A DNA stretch of 64,000 nucleotides from a virus. The notes under the pieces were generated by a model. The model did no database searches, was not told the origin of the DNA, and was given only the letters and a program-made list of their open reading frames with translations. Shown one piece after another: positions 38,497-48,014 of the stretch. Within the stretch, counting starts at the first letter, position 1. Each line of letters starts with the position of its first letter. The stretch lies in IMG/VR virus record IMGVR_UViG_3300032291_002550, positions 132,981-196,980 of that record; one strand, given 5' to 3'. The position numbers and the translations under genes are program-made.

Positions 38497-39660
38497 ATGA
38501 GTGGATTAACAATAGATATTGCAATTTGGACAGGTAACTGTACATTTTCTCCGGGAGAAACACCTTTCGGATATTTTGATTATGATTATCAATTTCAAAT
38601 AGACGCCCCGAAGGTAGCAGATTATTGTGCAAGAAGATTGGGATATCCTATGATGGATGTAGAACTTCAATCTGGGTCTTTTTTTGCTTGCTTTGAACAA
38701 GCTACTTCTGAGTTTGGAAATATTATTAATGAATATAATATCGTAGATAATTTCATTAATCTTCAAGGCGGTGCTTATAATTCTAATTCTAACTTATCTC
38801 AAAAGAATATTGCTCCGAATTTAGGACGTACTCTTCAATTAGCTAAAGAATATGGAAGTGAAGCTGGTGTAGGAGGAAGAATAACATGGAGAACTGGCAG
38901 TTTGTCTATTTATCGCGGTCAACAAAATTATAATATCAATACATTATTTAGAGATGTATACTTTCCTAATGAAGATATTGAAATTAAAAGAATATTTCAT
39001 GACGGGCCGCCTGCTATCGTAAGATACTTTGACCCGTTTGTGGGAACAGGTATGGGGTCGCAACAAATGCTTCAGTCTTTTGGATGGGGTAGTTATTCTC
39101 CGGGCGTATCATTTTTAATGATGCCAATGTATTCTGATTTATTAAGATTACAAGCAATTGAGTTTAATGATATGATAAGAAGATCTTCTTATTCATTTGA
39201 ATTAGTTAATAATCAATTAAGATTATTTCCTATTCCTGAACATAACTTTAATTTATACTTTCAATTTATTGTTGAATCAGATAGAAACTCCATGGACAAT
39301 ATTGTTACATCAGGAGTAGTTTCTGATATGAGTAATGCTCCATACAATAAAATACAATATGGAGATGTTAATGATGTTGGTAAACAATGGATTTTAAAAT
39401 ATACTTTAGCATTAGCAAAAGAGACGTTGGGTAATGTTCGTAATAAATACGATTCAATTCCAATTCCTAATTCAGAAATTCGTATGAATGGGGCTGATTT
39501 AGTAACTCAAGGTCGTGAAGAAGCAACTACATTAGTTACTGATTTACGTGGAGCATTAGATAAAGTGTCACGTCAAGCTCAACTTGAAAAACAGCAAGCA
39601 GAAAATGAAGCTATGCAAACGACATTAAACAAGATACCATTAAAAATTTACGTGGGGTAA
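38497..39660 (+). CDS. Neck protein (gp13-like head-tail adaptor)
   Basis: YCARRLGYPMMDVEL...WILKYTLALAKETLG.VR.KY..IP.P...MNG, gp13-like pattern. Confidence 0.8.
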   Translation: MSGLTIDIAIWTGNCTFSPGETPFGYFDYDYQFQIDAPKVADYCARRLGYPMMDVELQSGSFFACFEQATSEFGNIINEYNIVDNFINLQGGAYNSNSNLSQKNIAPNLGRTLQLAKEYGSEAGVGGRITWRTGSLSIYRGQQNYNINTLFRDVYFPNEDIEIKRIFHDGPPAIVRYFDPFVGTGMGSQQMLQSFGWGSYSPGVSFLMMPMYSDLLRLQAIEFNDMIRRSSYSFELVNNQLRLFPIPEHNFNLYFQFIVESDRNSMDNIVTSGVVSDMSNAPYNKIQYGDVNDVGKQWILKYTLALAKETLGNVRNKYDSIPIPNSEIRMNGADLVTQGREEATTLVTDLRGALDKVSRQAQLEKQQAENEAMQTTLNKIPLKIYVG

Positions 39661-39661
39661 T

Positions 39662-40024
39662 ATGAAACATAAAATTATACTTAAAGAAGAATCTTTAGAT
39701 TTTTACGAATGCATGGTAATTGTAAAAGTAAAAAAGGAAAGAATTAAATTATCAGATGCATACGATGAAATAAGAGCAATACCATATATTGTTACGGCGC
39801 AACCAAAGCATTCTGATTTTATTGAGAAGAGAAGTAATGAGTTATATGATTATGCTCAATTAAAAATGAAGTTTTTATCATATAAAGAAACACCTATAGA
39901 TTCTTTAAATGATATTAAAAATACAGCTTTAAAAGGGTTAGGAGATACTGGTAAGTATAAAGTATATGGCTTAACAGGGTTTATTGTAAGAGAAGACACA
40001 ATACAATTAATAGAAAGAAAATAA
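39662..40024 (+). CDS. Hypothetical protein
   Basis: 120-aa ORF in the neck operon with KIILKE N-terminus. Confidence 0.55.
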   Translation: MKHKIILKEESLDFYECMVIVKVKKERIKLSDAYDEIRAIPYIVTAQPKHSDFIEKRSNELYDYAQLKMKFLSYKETPIDSLNDIKNTALKGLGDTGKYKVYGLTGFIVREDTIQLIERK

Positions 40025-40025
40025 A

Positions 40026-40550
40026 ATGTCATTATTTGGTTCAGCTCGTGATTATTCTTTAATAACAAAATTTAACAGAGAGCTTGTTTATAAACTAGTA
40101 GATACTGAAGTCGGATATTATAAATTCGTCTTAGATCAATCACGTGTTAATTTATATGGGGAAGGAATTTCTAAAGTATATTATCAACCAGTAAGAACAC
40201 CTATTTATATTAGCAGAGGCCCTAATGATGCTGTTCAAACAGATGCGGGTATCGATGCAACGGTAGCAATTGAATTTTATATTTTAAGAGATACAATGCT
40301 AACATTAAATATCGTACCAGAAATTGGAGATATTATTAATTGGGATGACAAATATTACGAAATTGATAATACTACAGAAAACCAATACTTTGCTGGTAAA
40401 AATCCTGATACATGGGTAAAAGGTAATGATTTTGGTGGAAGTTTATCTTTTATGTGTAATGGGCATCAAGTAAGAGAATCTCAACTTCAATTATTAGATT
40501 TAAACTATGGTATTAATAATCAAGATTATGATTTACCTTTAAATATTTAA
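40026..40550 (+). CDS. Neck/head-closure protein (gp14-like)
   Basis: NLYGE...PEIGDIINWDDKYYEI; position between gp13-like and gp15-like genes. Confidence 0.7.
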   Translation: MSLFGSARDYSLITKFNRELVYKLVDTEVGYYKFVLDQSRVNLYGEGISKVYYQPVRTPIYISRGPNDAVQTDAGIDATVAIEFYILRDTMLTLNIVPEIGDIINWDDKYYEIDNTTENQYFAGKNPDTWVKGNDFGGSLSFMCNGHQVRESQLQLLDLNYGINNQDYDLPLNI

Positions 40551-40554
40551 CTAA

Positions 40555-41379
40555 ATGTCTAAGCAAATTATAAAAAAACAAAATCAATATAGAGATAATA
40601 TTAATCCAGATATACGCGTAAACCAAGTATCTAATAACGAAAATTTACGTGCAGTTAAAATTGGATTATATGATGTTGATGCTGCAATTAAATGGCATTT
40701 AGAAAATGTTATTCAAGTTCAAATAAATACTAATCAAGGAACAAAAAAAGTACCTGTATTATTTGCTACACCAGAGAAATGGAGTGGCGTGCAAACTCAA
40801 GGATATTTAAGAGATAATAATGATAAAATCATGGCACCTGTAATTGTTCTTAACAGAACTGGATTTGAACAGCGCCAAGATTATATGAAGAATGAAGTGT
40901 TAAAGAACGAAGGAAATCAATGGATATTTGAAAGAAAATATTCGTCAAAGAATAAGTATACTCCCTTTGATATCTTAACAAACACTAAACCTATTAAAGA
41001 ATATTATGCAATGGATATTCCAAGATATATCCATATAACATATGATATAATTTGTTGGACAGAGTTCTTAGAACAAATGAATGAATTAGTAGAACAAATT
41101 ATGTTCTTTAATGGCACTGCATTTGGAGATACTCAAAAATTTCCAACAATGATATCAGCACCATCATTTGAATTAAGTAATGATATTGGAAGTGATAGAT
41201 TTGTAAAAGCAAAGTTTCAATTTACTACTAAAGCTTATTTAATTAATGAAGACGAAAGAAATAGGCCCACAATTCAAAAATTAATACCTGCTAATAAAGT
41301 TGTAGTTAATTTTCATGAAATTACTTCTCCTTTACAACCAGTAAAGCTTCAAAATACTAGCGGGTCTTCTAGTTACTAG
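40555..41379 (+). CDS. Tail terminator/sheath stabiliser (gp15-like)
   Basis: KVPVLFATPEKW...P.YI.ITYD..W...EQMNELVEQI. Confidence 0.75.
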   Translation: MSKQIIKKQNQYRDNINPDIRVNQVSNNENLRAVKIGLYDVDAAIKWHLENVIQVQINTNQGTKKVPVLFATPEKWSGVQTQGYLRDNNDKIMAPVIVLNRTGFEQRQDYMKNEVLKNEGNQWIFERKYSSKNKYTPFDILTNTKPIKEYYAMDIPRYIHITYDIICWTEFLEQMNELVEQIMFFNGTAFGDTQKFPTMISAPSFELSNDIGSDRFVKAKFQFTTKAYLINEDERNRPTIQKLIPANKVVVNFHEITSPLQPVKLQNTSGSSSY

Positions 41380-41454
41380 TTAAGATTATATTCTTTATAA
41401 ATAAGTAGGTCTGTTTTATTAAATAAACATAATTATAATAAAGAAATTATAACT

Positions 41455-41853
41455 ATGGCTGCAGGAAAATATAACTTTACAATAGAACAAGGCGCTACAA
41501 TAGATTTTGAAATTCAATATAAAGACTCTAATAATGTCCCTGTAGATTTAACGGGATATTCTGGCAGAATGATGATAAGATCTAACTTTGCTGATAATTC
41601 ACCCTCTACATATTTAACTTTATCAAGTTCAAGAAATTCTGACGGTACGGGATTAAATTTTAGCGGAAGCAGAAGTGCTAAACCACCTACAAGCGGTTCT
41701 ATTGGTATTTATATTGCTGCATGTACATCATCCGGGCTTACATTTACAACTGCAAGATATGATTTAGAAATTTATTCCGGCAGCGCTCCTTGTCCATATA
41801 CAGTAAGATTATTAGAAGGACAAGTTAACTTAAGTAAACAAGTAACAGTATAA
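41455..41853 (+). CDS. Ig-like/BppU-like virion protein
   Basis: YNFTIEQGAT...VDLTGYSGRM.IR...YDLEI...RLLEG.V pattern. Confidence 0.6.
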   Translation: MAAGKYNFTIEQGATIDFEIQYKDSNNVPVDLTGYSGRMMIRSNFADNSPSTYLTLSSSRNSDGTGLNFSGSRSAKPPTSGSIGIYIAACTSSGLTFTTARYDLEIYSGSAPCPYTVRLLEGQVNLSKQVTV

Positions 41854-43430
41854 TGTCTACAGTTAATATTAATACATCAAATAATACAATATCAATTCAA
41901 GATACAAATCAAACGATATCTGTAACAGACAATAATAAAAATACAACTGTATACATTCCTCAAACAAATACTAATATAGTAGAAGTTAATTCTTTAGGCC
42001 CGCAAGGTGCTCAGGGAGAACAAGGCATACCTGGCATTATCCCAAACACAGGTAGTTTTGCGACGACGGGAAGTAATATATTTCGAGGAAATCAAATAGT
42101 AACGGGTAGTTTATTTACAACAGGATCTAATACTTTAATAGGTTCTACTACATTATCTGGTACATTAAATATATCTGGTTCTACAACACAAAGAGGAAAT
42201 AATACATTAATTGGTACTACTACATTAACAGGCAGTATATTTATCAACGGAGATATTATACCAGAAGTATCTAAGTCATTTGATTTAGGGTCTATAACAA
42301 ATCCATGGAGATCAATATATCTTCAATCAGGTTCTATTAGTATACAATCAGATATTCCTGGAGGTATATCAGCAATAATATCAAACGCAAACGGAAATGT
42401 TACAATTGCTGGCGCAGGGCTTCAATTAAAAAGCGGTTCATTTGTTCCGTTTGAAGTATCTCCCACGGCAAAAACAATAATAAGAGTACCTAACATACCT
42501 GCTAATGATGTTGGTGGATTAAGTATAATAGGTAGTTCAGATGGGTCATATCAAAGTGTTACAAATGCTGGCGGTCTATTACACCTTACTAGTAATGATG
42601 GCGTGAGCTCTAGAATTACTAGTGATGCATATGGTACAAATGCTAACGCAGCATATGTTGGTAGAAAAGCAAGAGGAACAGCATTAAGTCCCTTACCAGT
42701 ACAATCCGGAGATATATTAACAAGAATAAGTTCAATAGGATGGACCGGGCCTGAATATGGATTTACGATGTCGTCTAGTCTTATAACTGCACCGACATCT
42801 ATTGACGTAATAGCACTTGAAAATTATACAACCTCGAGCTTTGGTAGTAGATTTAGTTTCTATAATGTTCCTTTAGGAAGTACAATAAGAACTTTAGCAG
42901 CAACAATAGATACAACGGGTATAACAATACCAACTAGTAGTTTATTATTTGGTACTGCTAGTTGGGCTGAGAATGCTTTGACAGCATCCTACGTTACTAC
43001 ACTTAATCAAAATGTAATAATAACAGGTTCTCTTTCAATAAGCGGATCAACTACATATAGAGGTTCAGTAATATATGCTCAATCCTCATCAATACAATAT
43101 CTTCCACGCGTAATACCAGATTCTTCACCAACCTCATCAATAACGCTCGATTTTAGTAGAGATACATTAGTACACGTTCATTGTACTGGTTTCTCAACCT
43201 TTACTGTTAATGTTACTAATTTTACAACGGGAAGTGTAGTAGAATTATATCTAACAAACAATGCCGGAAGTACACAGGTTAATATGCCTGGTAGTATTAG
43301 CAGTAATAATTTAATAGGTAAAAATGGAGCCGGAAGTTTCTGGTCTATGTCAAGACCATCAGGATATTTTAAATTTACATGTATAGATGGTACAGCAGCA
43401 AACACATTTGTAATAGGATCAGTAAACTAA
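41853..43430 (+). CDS. Fibre/whisker-like protein with short collagen segment
   Basis: GPQGAQGEQGIPG, repeated TGSN/TGSL beta repeats, DLGSITNPWRSIY. Confidence 0.65.
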   Translation: MSTVNINTSNNTISIQDTNQTISVTDNNKNTTVYIPQTNTNIVEVNSLGPQGAQGEQGIPGIIPNTGSFATTGSNIFRGNQIVTGSLFTTGSNTLIGSTTLSGTLNISGSTTQRGNNTLIGTTTLTGSIFINGDIIPEVSKSFDLGSITNPWRSIYLQSGSISIQSDIPGGISAIISNANGNVTIAGAGLQLKSGSFVPFEVSPTAKTIIRVPNIPANDVGGLSIIGSSDGSYQSVTNAGGLLHLTSNDGVSSRITSDAYGTNANAAYVGRKARGTALSPLPVQSGDILTRISSIGWTGPEYGFTMSSSLITAPTSIDVIALENYTTSSFGSRFSFYNVPLGSTIRTLAATIDTTGITIPTSSLLFGTASWAENALTASYVTTLNQNVIITGSLSISGSTTYRGSVIYAQSSSIQYLPRVIPDSSPTSSITLDFSRDTLVHVHCTGFSTFTVNVTNFTTGSVVELYLTNNAGSTQVNMPGSISSNNLIGKNGAGSFWSMSRPSGYFKFTCIDGTAANTFVIGSVN

Positions 43431-43450
43431 AATAACACAGATAGCATAAG

Positions 43451-43603
43451 ATGAAAATATTTCAACCTATAGTAACAGGATCATTTACAGTATCAGGGTC
43501 TGTATTTTTACCAAGTCTAGTAACTTCTTCTACAGCAGTATCTAATGTTGTAATGTTTGGTACAAGTGTACAGTTATTTGTAACAGCAACTCAAGTAGGA
43601 TAA
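43451..43603 (+). pseudogene. Mini-ORF (50 aa) resembling a fibre-gene N-terminus; probable deletion remnant
   Basis: MKIFQPIVTGSFTVSGSVFLP...TATQVG*; same TGS/SGS beta-repeat style as the upstream fibre. Confidence 0.45.
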
Positions 43604-43627
43604 AAAATATTAAGTAGTATAATATTA

Positions 43628-43657
43628 TTAGGACTTATAACTTTAATTTATTATATT
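43628..43657 (+). promoter_or_regulatory. Putative early/middle promoter TTAGGA-N18-TATATT
   Basis: Same spacing as 60402 and 62204; lies upstream of 43676. Confidence 0.55.
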
Positions 43658-43675
43658 ACAAGAAGTTATAACGTT

Positions 43676-44074
43676 ATGGAAACATTAAAAATTCAACTCG
43701 CAACCATCTTTATATTAGAAGATGAATTATCAAAGCTACTTAATGAAAAGATTTCATTATCAACAAAATATTGGTTATTAGATCTAAATAAACAAGTATT
43801 AGAAATCAAAACTACAATTGATTCTTTACGTGATACTCTTATTAAAACGTATGGTGTTACTAATAATGATGGTAATACTATTCTACCATATTATTTAGAT
43901 ACTGAAAACCAAATCATTAATCCTAAGTTTGATCAATTTCAGCAAGAATATCAAGCACTTCTTAGAGAAGAAAAAGAACTTCAATATAAGCCTATTCCAT
44001 TTTCAGTATTAGAAAAAATAGAAACGGAAGAATCTTATACATTTATACTTCAACATTTAATAGAAAAACAATAA
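43676..44074 (+). CDS. Hypothetical protein (DUF1617-like helical protein)
   Basis: KYWLLDL.K...ID.LR..LIK.YG...F.QEY..LL pattern. Confidence 0.5.
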   Translation: METLKIQLATIFILEDELSKLLNEKISLSTKYWLLDLNKQVLEIKTTIDSLRDTLIKTYGVTNNDGNTILPYYLDTENQIINPKFDQFQQEYQALLREEKELQYKPIPFSVLEKIETEESYTFILQHLIEKQ

Positions 44075-44075
44075 A

Positions 44076-44351
44076 ATGACAATAACAAAAAAATTATCTA
44101 ACGAAGAGTTAGAAGAATTAAAAAGTATTCAAAGTAAATACTTAGAATTAACAGCTCAACTAGGTCAAATACATTTAGAGAAAATTTCTTTAACATTAGC
44201 ATTATCTGGTTTAGAAGAAGAGCTTTCTAAATTGCAAGCCGTATTTTTAGAACTAAAAGAGCAAGAATCTAAAATTCAAGAAGCATTTACTAAAAAATAT
44301 GGTTTAGGCACTGTAAATTTAGAATCAGGTGAATTTATTTCGGAGGTTTGA
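44076..44351 (+). CDS. Small coiled-coil protein
   Basis: Heptad helix ending KKYGLGTVNLESGEFI. Confidence 0.6.
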   Translation: MTITKKLSNEELEELKSIQSKYLELTAQLGQIHLEKISLTLALSGLEEELSKLQAVFLELKEQESKIQEAFTKKYGLGTVNLESGEFISEV

Positions 44352-44428
44352 TCTTAAGATACTATAATTATATTTGTAGAAAGATTCTCTCTACACAAAC
44401 CAACAAAATTTATAAACTTTAACAAATA

Positions 44429-47371
44429 ATGGCAACAGAAAGAATTATTAGCCCAGGCGTATTTACCAACGAGAACGACCTTTCGTTTCTTCCCGCTGGT
44501 ATAGCTCAGATAGGAGCAGCCTTCGTAGGACCTACGTTAAAAGGGCCGGCTTTAGTACCGATGCAGGTAACAAGCTATCAAGACTATCAAGTAATGTTTG
44601 GAAATGAAGACTCAGCCCAAACTTACATTCCATACGCAATTAAAAATTATCTTAAAAATGCTAGCTCTGCTTTAGTAGTTCGTATTTTAGGAGATGGCGG
44701 ATGGTCATTTACAACAACATCAAATAAATTAGCTGCTGTAGCTGTAGCATCTACCGGGTCTACAATTACATATCAAATTGTTTCGGGATTACATCCTGCA
44801 AGAAATAATAACAGTACTAATTTTGACTTAAGAGCATCGACATCTATTAGCGGTACAATTGCTAATAGCTTTACGTTAATAGCGTCAGGTAGTAACTTAA
44901 CAGCTAAATCTTATAACGTATCTATCAATCGTCAAAACACTGACTTTATTAGTAAAGTAATTGGAAGCACCCCAGATTCAACTAAAATAAGCAATACAAA
45001 TTATAATAACGGAATTTATTCATATGTAACATTTGAAGATTTCAGTACTAATATAGCAAATGAATATGGCGTTACAGTTGCCGGAGGTTCTATTACATTA
45101 TTAGGTAATGCTACTAATAACTATACTACACAATTTGCAATGACAAGTTCTACTCCAGGTATTGGAGCTGGTAATAGTTTCTTAACAGCATCAAGCGGGT
45201 GGTCATCTACTAGTACTATTTTGCAAGATTATGTTTTACAAAATGAAATAAATATAGCTACATTAACTACAGCATCTTTAAAGGCAGCAATGCCAATAGA
45301 ATCATTTAATTTTATAACAGGTTCACCGCAATATTTAAATATCGGATTAGAAACAACATCAAACCCTTATATATTAGATGATACACAATATGCATACTTC
45401 CCGACATTAACTACATATAATTCAGGATCAGGTACATTTACTATGTATTTAAATATTGATATAGTATTTTTTATGGCTCCTAATACAACATATACCTTAT
45501 CTCAAGGTCCTGGTGGAATACCATATTTATATACAGTAACACCTACAAAGGTTGTTTACCCTATAGTTTCTGGAAGTAATACTCCTGCATCATATATACC
45601 TAGCGTAACAGTATTAACATCATCATATAACGTAACGTTCCCTGATTATAACAATGCTTCGACACCTTGGATTACCTCAGGTCTTAATACCGGTGTTAAT
45701 GGAGTTAAAACAACTCAAAACTTATTTAAAGTTCATCATTTAAGTGACGGTAATGATACTAATACAGATGTTAAGATTAGCATTACTAATTTAAGAGAAT
45801 ATTCATCTGGAAGTTATTCAACATTTGATATATTAGTTAGAAGCTATAGTGATACTGATAACAGACCTAGTATTTTAGAACAATATAGAGGTGTTAATTT
45901 AAACCCAGATAGTCCTCAATATATTGCTCGTGTAATTGGAGATAAATATAAAGAATTTGATACTATAACAAATAAAGTTATTGATTATGGTAATTACAAT
46001 AATGTTTCTAAATACGTAAGAGTTGAAATGGACCCTACAGTAGATTCAAAAGCTGTAAGCGAAACTTTATCTCCTAGAGGATTTAGAAAATTAAAACAAA
46101 CGTTTATTGGATTTACAAATGCTAATATGCCACCTGCATCTTATGTAGTATCTCAAAATGATTCTGATCAATCATATGTATCTAATAGATTTTTAGGATG
46201 GGATTTCGGAGCAGCAGATAATGCTAATTACTTAAAAGCAATTCCTACTTCATCATCAATTGAAGTATCAGCAATTAATCCTGATTTTGTTGTTGATAAA
46301 TTTATAATGCCTCTTAATACAGGATTAACATATACAGGCGATTTAAGTGCAAGAGTTGATATAACTGGTGTTACTGGCCCAACTGCTAATAACGTTCAGT
46401 TTACAGTTCCAATGCAAGGAGGTTCAGATGGTATGAGTCCTGCTAAAATTAAATTATCTGGTGCTGATATTACTGCTGCAAATTCATTTGGATATGATTT
46501 ATCAACCGCAACAAGTAACGGAAGTGTTAAATATACAGATGCATTTGATATGCTTTCAAATCAAGATGAGTATGATATTAATATGTTATTAGCACCTGGT
46601 GTTATTAGAAGATTACATCCATATGTAGCAAATTATATGATATCAACAGCAGAAGGTCGTCAAGATACATTCGTAATTGTAGATAATACAGCTAAAGACG
46701 ATAATATTGCAACAGCAGCAAACCAAACAACTAATATGGATAGTAATTATGCTGCAACATATTATCCTTGGATGCAAGTATTAGATACATCTGTTAACAA
46801 ACCTATTTGGGTTCCGCCTAGTGTATTAATGCCTGGAGTATTAGCTTATAATGATTCAGTTGCTGCAGAATGGTATGCCCCTGCAGGTCTTAACAGAGGT
46901 GGTATTACAGATGCTATCAATGTAATGACTAAATTAAATCATTCAGAGCGTGATACATTATATGAGAATCAAGTTAATCCAATTGCTTCATTCCCAGGAC
47001 AAGGTATTTGTGCATGGGGTCAAAAAACCTTACAACAAAAACCTAGTGCATTAGATAGAATTAACGTAAGAAGACTATTAATAACTGTTAAGAAATATAT
47101 TGCATCTACTTCTAGATACTTAGTATTTGAACAAAATACCGCAGCAACAAGAAATAGATTCTTAAGCATCGTTAATCCTTACTTAGAATCAATCCAACAA
47201 AGACAAGGATTATATGCATTTAAAGTTGTAATGGATGAAACTAATAATACTCCTGCAGTAATTGACAGAAATTTATTAGTTGGTGATATTTACTTACAAC
47301 CATCAAAAACCGCGGAGTTTATAGTGATTAATTTCAATCTAACCCCAACCGGTGCTGAATTTCCTGCATAA
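44429..47371 (+). CDS. gp18: Tail sheath protein (gp18-like)
   Basis: ISPGVFTNEND, GPTLKGP, YYPW, WYAPAGLNRG, WGQKTL, LDRINVRRLL, VFEQN, AEFIVINF. Confidence 0.97.
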   Translation: MATERIISPGVFTNENDLSFLPAGIAQIGAAFVGPTLKGPALVPMQVTSYQDYQVMFGNEDSAQTYIPYAIKNYLKNASSALVVRILGDGGWSFTTTSNKLAAVAVASTGSTITYQIVSGLHPARNNNSTNFDLRASTSISGTIANSFTLIASGSNLTAKSYNVSINRQNTDFISKVIGSTPDSTKISNTNYNNGIYSYVTFEDFSTNIANEYGVTVAGGSITLLGNATNNYTTQFAMTSSTPGIGAGNSFLTASSGWSSTSTILQDYVLQNEINIATLTTASLKAAMPIESFNFITGSPQYLNIGLETTSNPYILDDTQYAYFPTLTTYNSGSGTFTMYLNIDIVFFMAPNTTYTLSQGPGGIPYLYTVTPTKVVYPIVSGSNTPASYIPSVTVLTSSYNVTFPDYNNASTPWITSGLNTGVNGVKTTQNLFKVHHLSDGNDTNTDVKISITNLREYSSGSYSTFDILVRSYSDTDNRPSILEQYRGVNLNPDSPQYIARVIGDKYKEFDTITNKVIDYGNYNNVSKYVRVEMDPTVDSKAVSETLSPRGFRKLKQTFIGFTNANMPPASYVVSQNDSDQSYVSNRFLGWDFGAADNANYLKAIPTSSSIEVSAINPDFVVDKFIMPLNTGLTYTGDLSARVDITGVTGPTANNVQFTVPMQGGSDGMSPAKIKLSGADITAANSFGYDLSTATSNGSVKYTDAFDMLSNQDEYDINMLLAPGVIRRLHPYVANYMISTAEGRQDTFVIVDNTAKDDNIATAANQTTNMDSNYAATYYPWMQVLDTSVNKPIWVPPSVLMPGVLAYNDSVAAEWYAPAGLNRGGITDAINVMTKLNHSERDTLYENQVNPIASFPGQGICAWGQKTLQQKPSALDRINVRRLLITVKKYIASTSRYLVFEQNTAATRNRFLSIVNPYLESIQQRQGLYAFKVVMDETNNTPAVIDRNLLVGDIYLQPSKTAEFIVINFNLTPTGAEFPA

Positions 47372-47400
47372 TTTATAACATAAATTCTAACTTAAAAATA

Positions 47401-47437
47401 GCAGCTCTATATCTAAAAAATATAGGGCTGTTTTTTT
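47401..47437 (+). terminator. Rho-independent terminator
   Basis: GCAGCTCTATAT-loop-ATATAGGGCTGT followed by a T run. Confidence 0.8.
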
Positions 47438-47465
47438 GTCCCTATGATATTTATTATAAAATTCA

Positions 47466-47621
47466 ATGGCAAAGAAACCAGATAAAAAATCTTCATCTAG
47501 TGTTAAAGCATTTTATAAGAAGGCCAAGAAAAAGCGTACGGGTATTAGCTCTAAAAAAAGAACGAGCAATAATAAAAAATCAAAACACTACAAAAAAACA
47601 TATAGAGGGCAAGGAAGATGA
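47466..47621 (+). CDS. Small very basic protein (51 aa, ends KxYRGQGR; not in the ORF track)
   Basis: MAKKPDKKSSSSVKAFYKKAKKKRTG...YKKTYRGQGR*; late motif at 47447; ATGA overlap with 47618. Confidence 0.75.
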   Translation: MAKKPDKKSSSSVKAFYKKAKKKRTGISSKKRTSNNKKSKHYKKTYRGQGR

Positions 47622-47989
47622 AAAAACTATTACTTGAATCATTAATAAGAGAATGCTTAGAAGAAATGGAATCAGAACAAACAATGTGTAATTCATGTGC
47701 CATTAAATTTCTTCAAGAGCTTAAAGCTAATCCAATAATAGGAGAAGCTGAATATCGTGGAAGAAAGGTATCATTAGGAAAGCCTTTCTTAACACCAGGT
47801 GGGCCTAAAAAACGCAGTGTATATGTTAAGAATGCTAAAGGAAATGTTGTTAAAGTAAACTTTGGCGACCCAAATATGAGAATCAAGAAAAACATTCCTG
47901 CTAGAAGAAAGTCATTTAGAGCACGTCATAAATGTGATACTCCCGGTCCAAGATGGAAGGCACGCTACTGGAGCTGCCGCGCCTGGTAA
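47618..47989 (+). CDS. Basic phage protein (DUF6321-like)
   Basis: EAEYRGRKVSLGKP...KVNFGDPNM...RRKSFRARHKC...ARYWSC. Confidence 0.65.
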   Translation: MKKLLLESLIRECLEEMESEQTMCNSCAIKFLQELKANPIIGEAEYRGRKVSLGKPFLTPGGPKKRSVYVKNAKGNVVKVNFGDPNMRIKKNIPARRKSFRARHKCDTPGPRWKARYWSCRAW

Positions 47990-48014
47990 TAAAAATAAAC
48001 ATAAAATAATTAAT

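Noticed and set aside
44347-44376. Bacteroidota-type promoter TTTG...TATATTTG before the sheath gene
   Set aside because: Spacing is 18 nt rather than 19-21 and it overlaps a late motif at 44364, which explains the site more simply.
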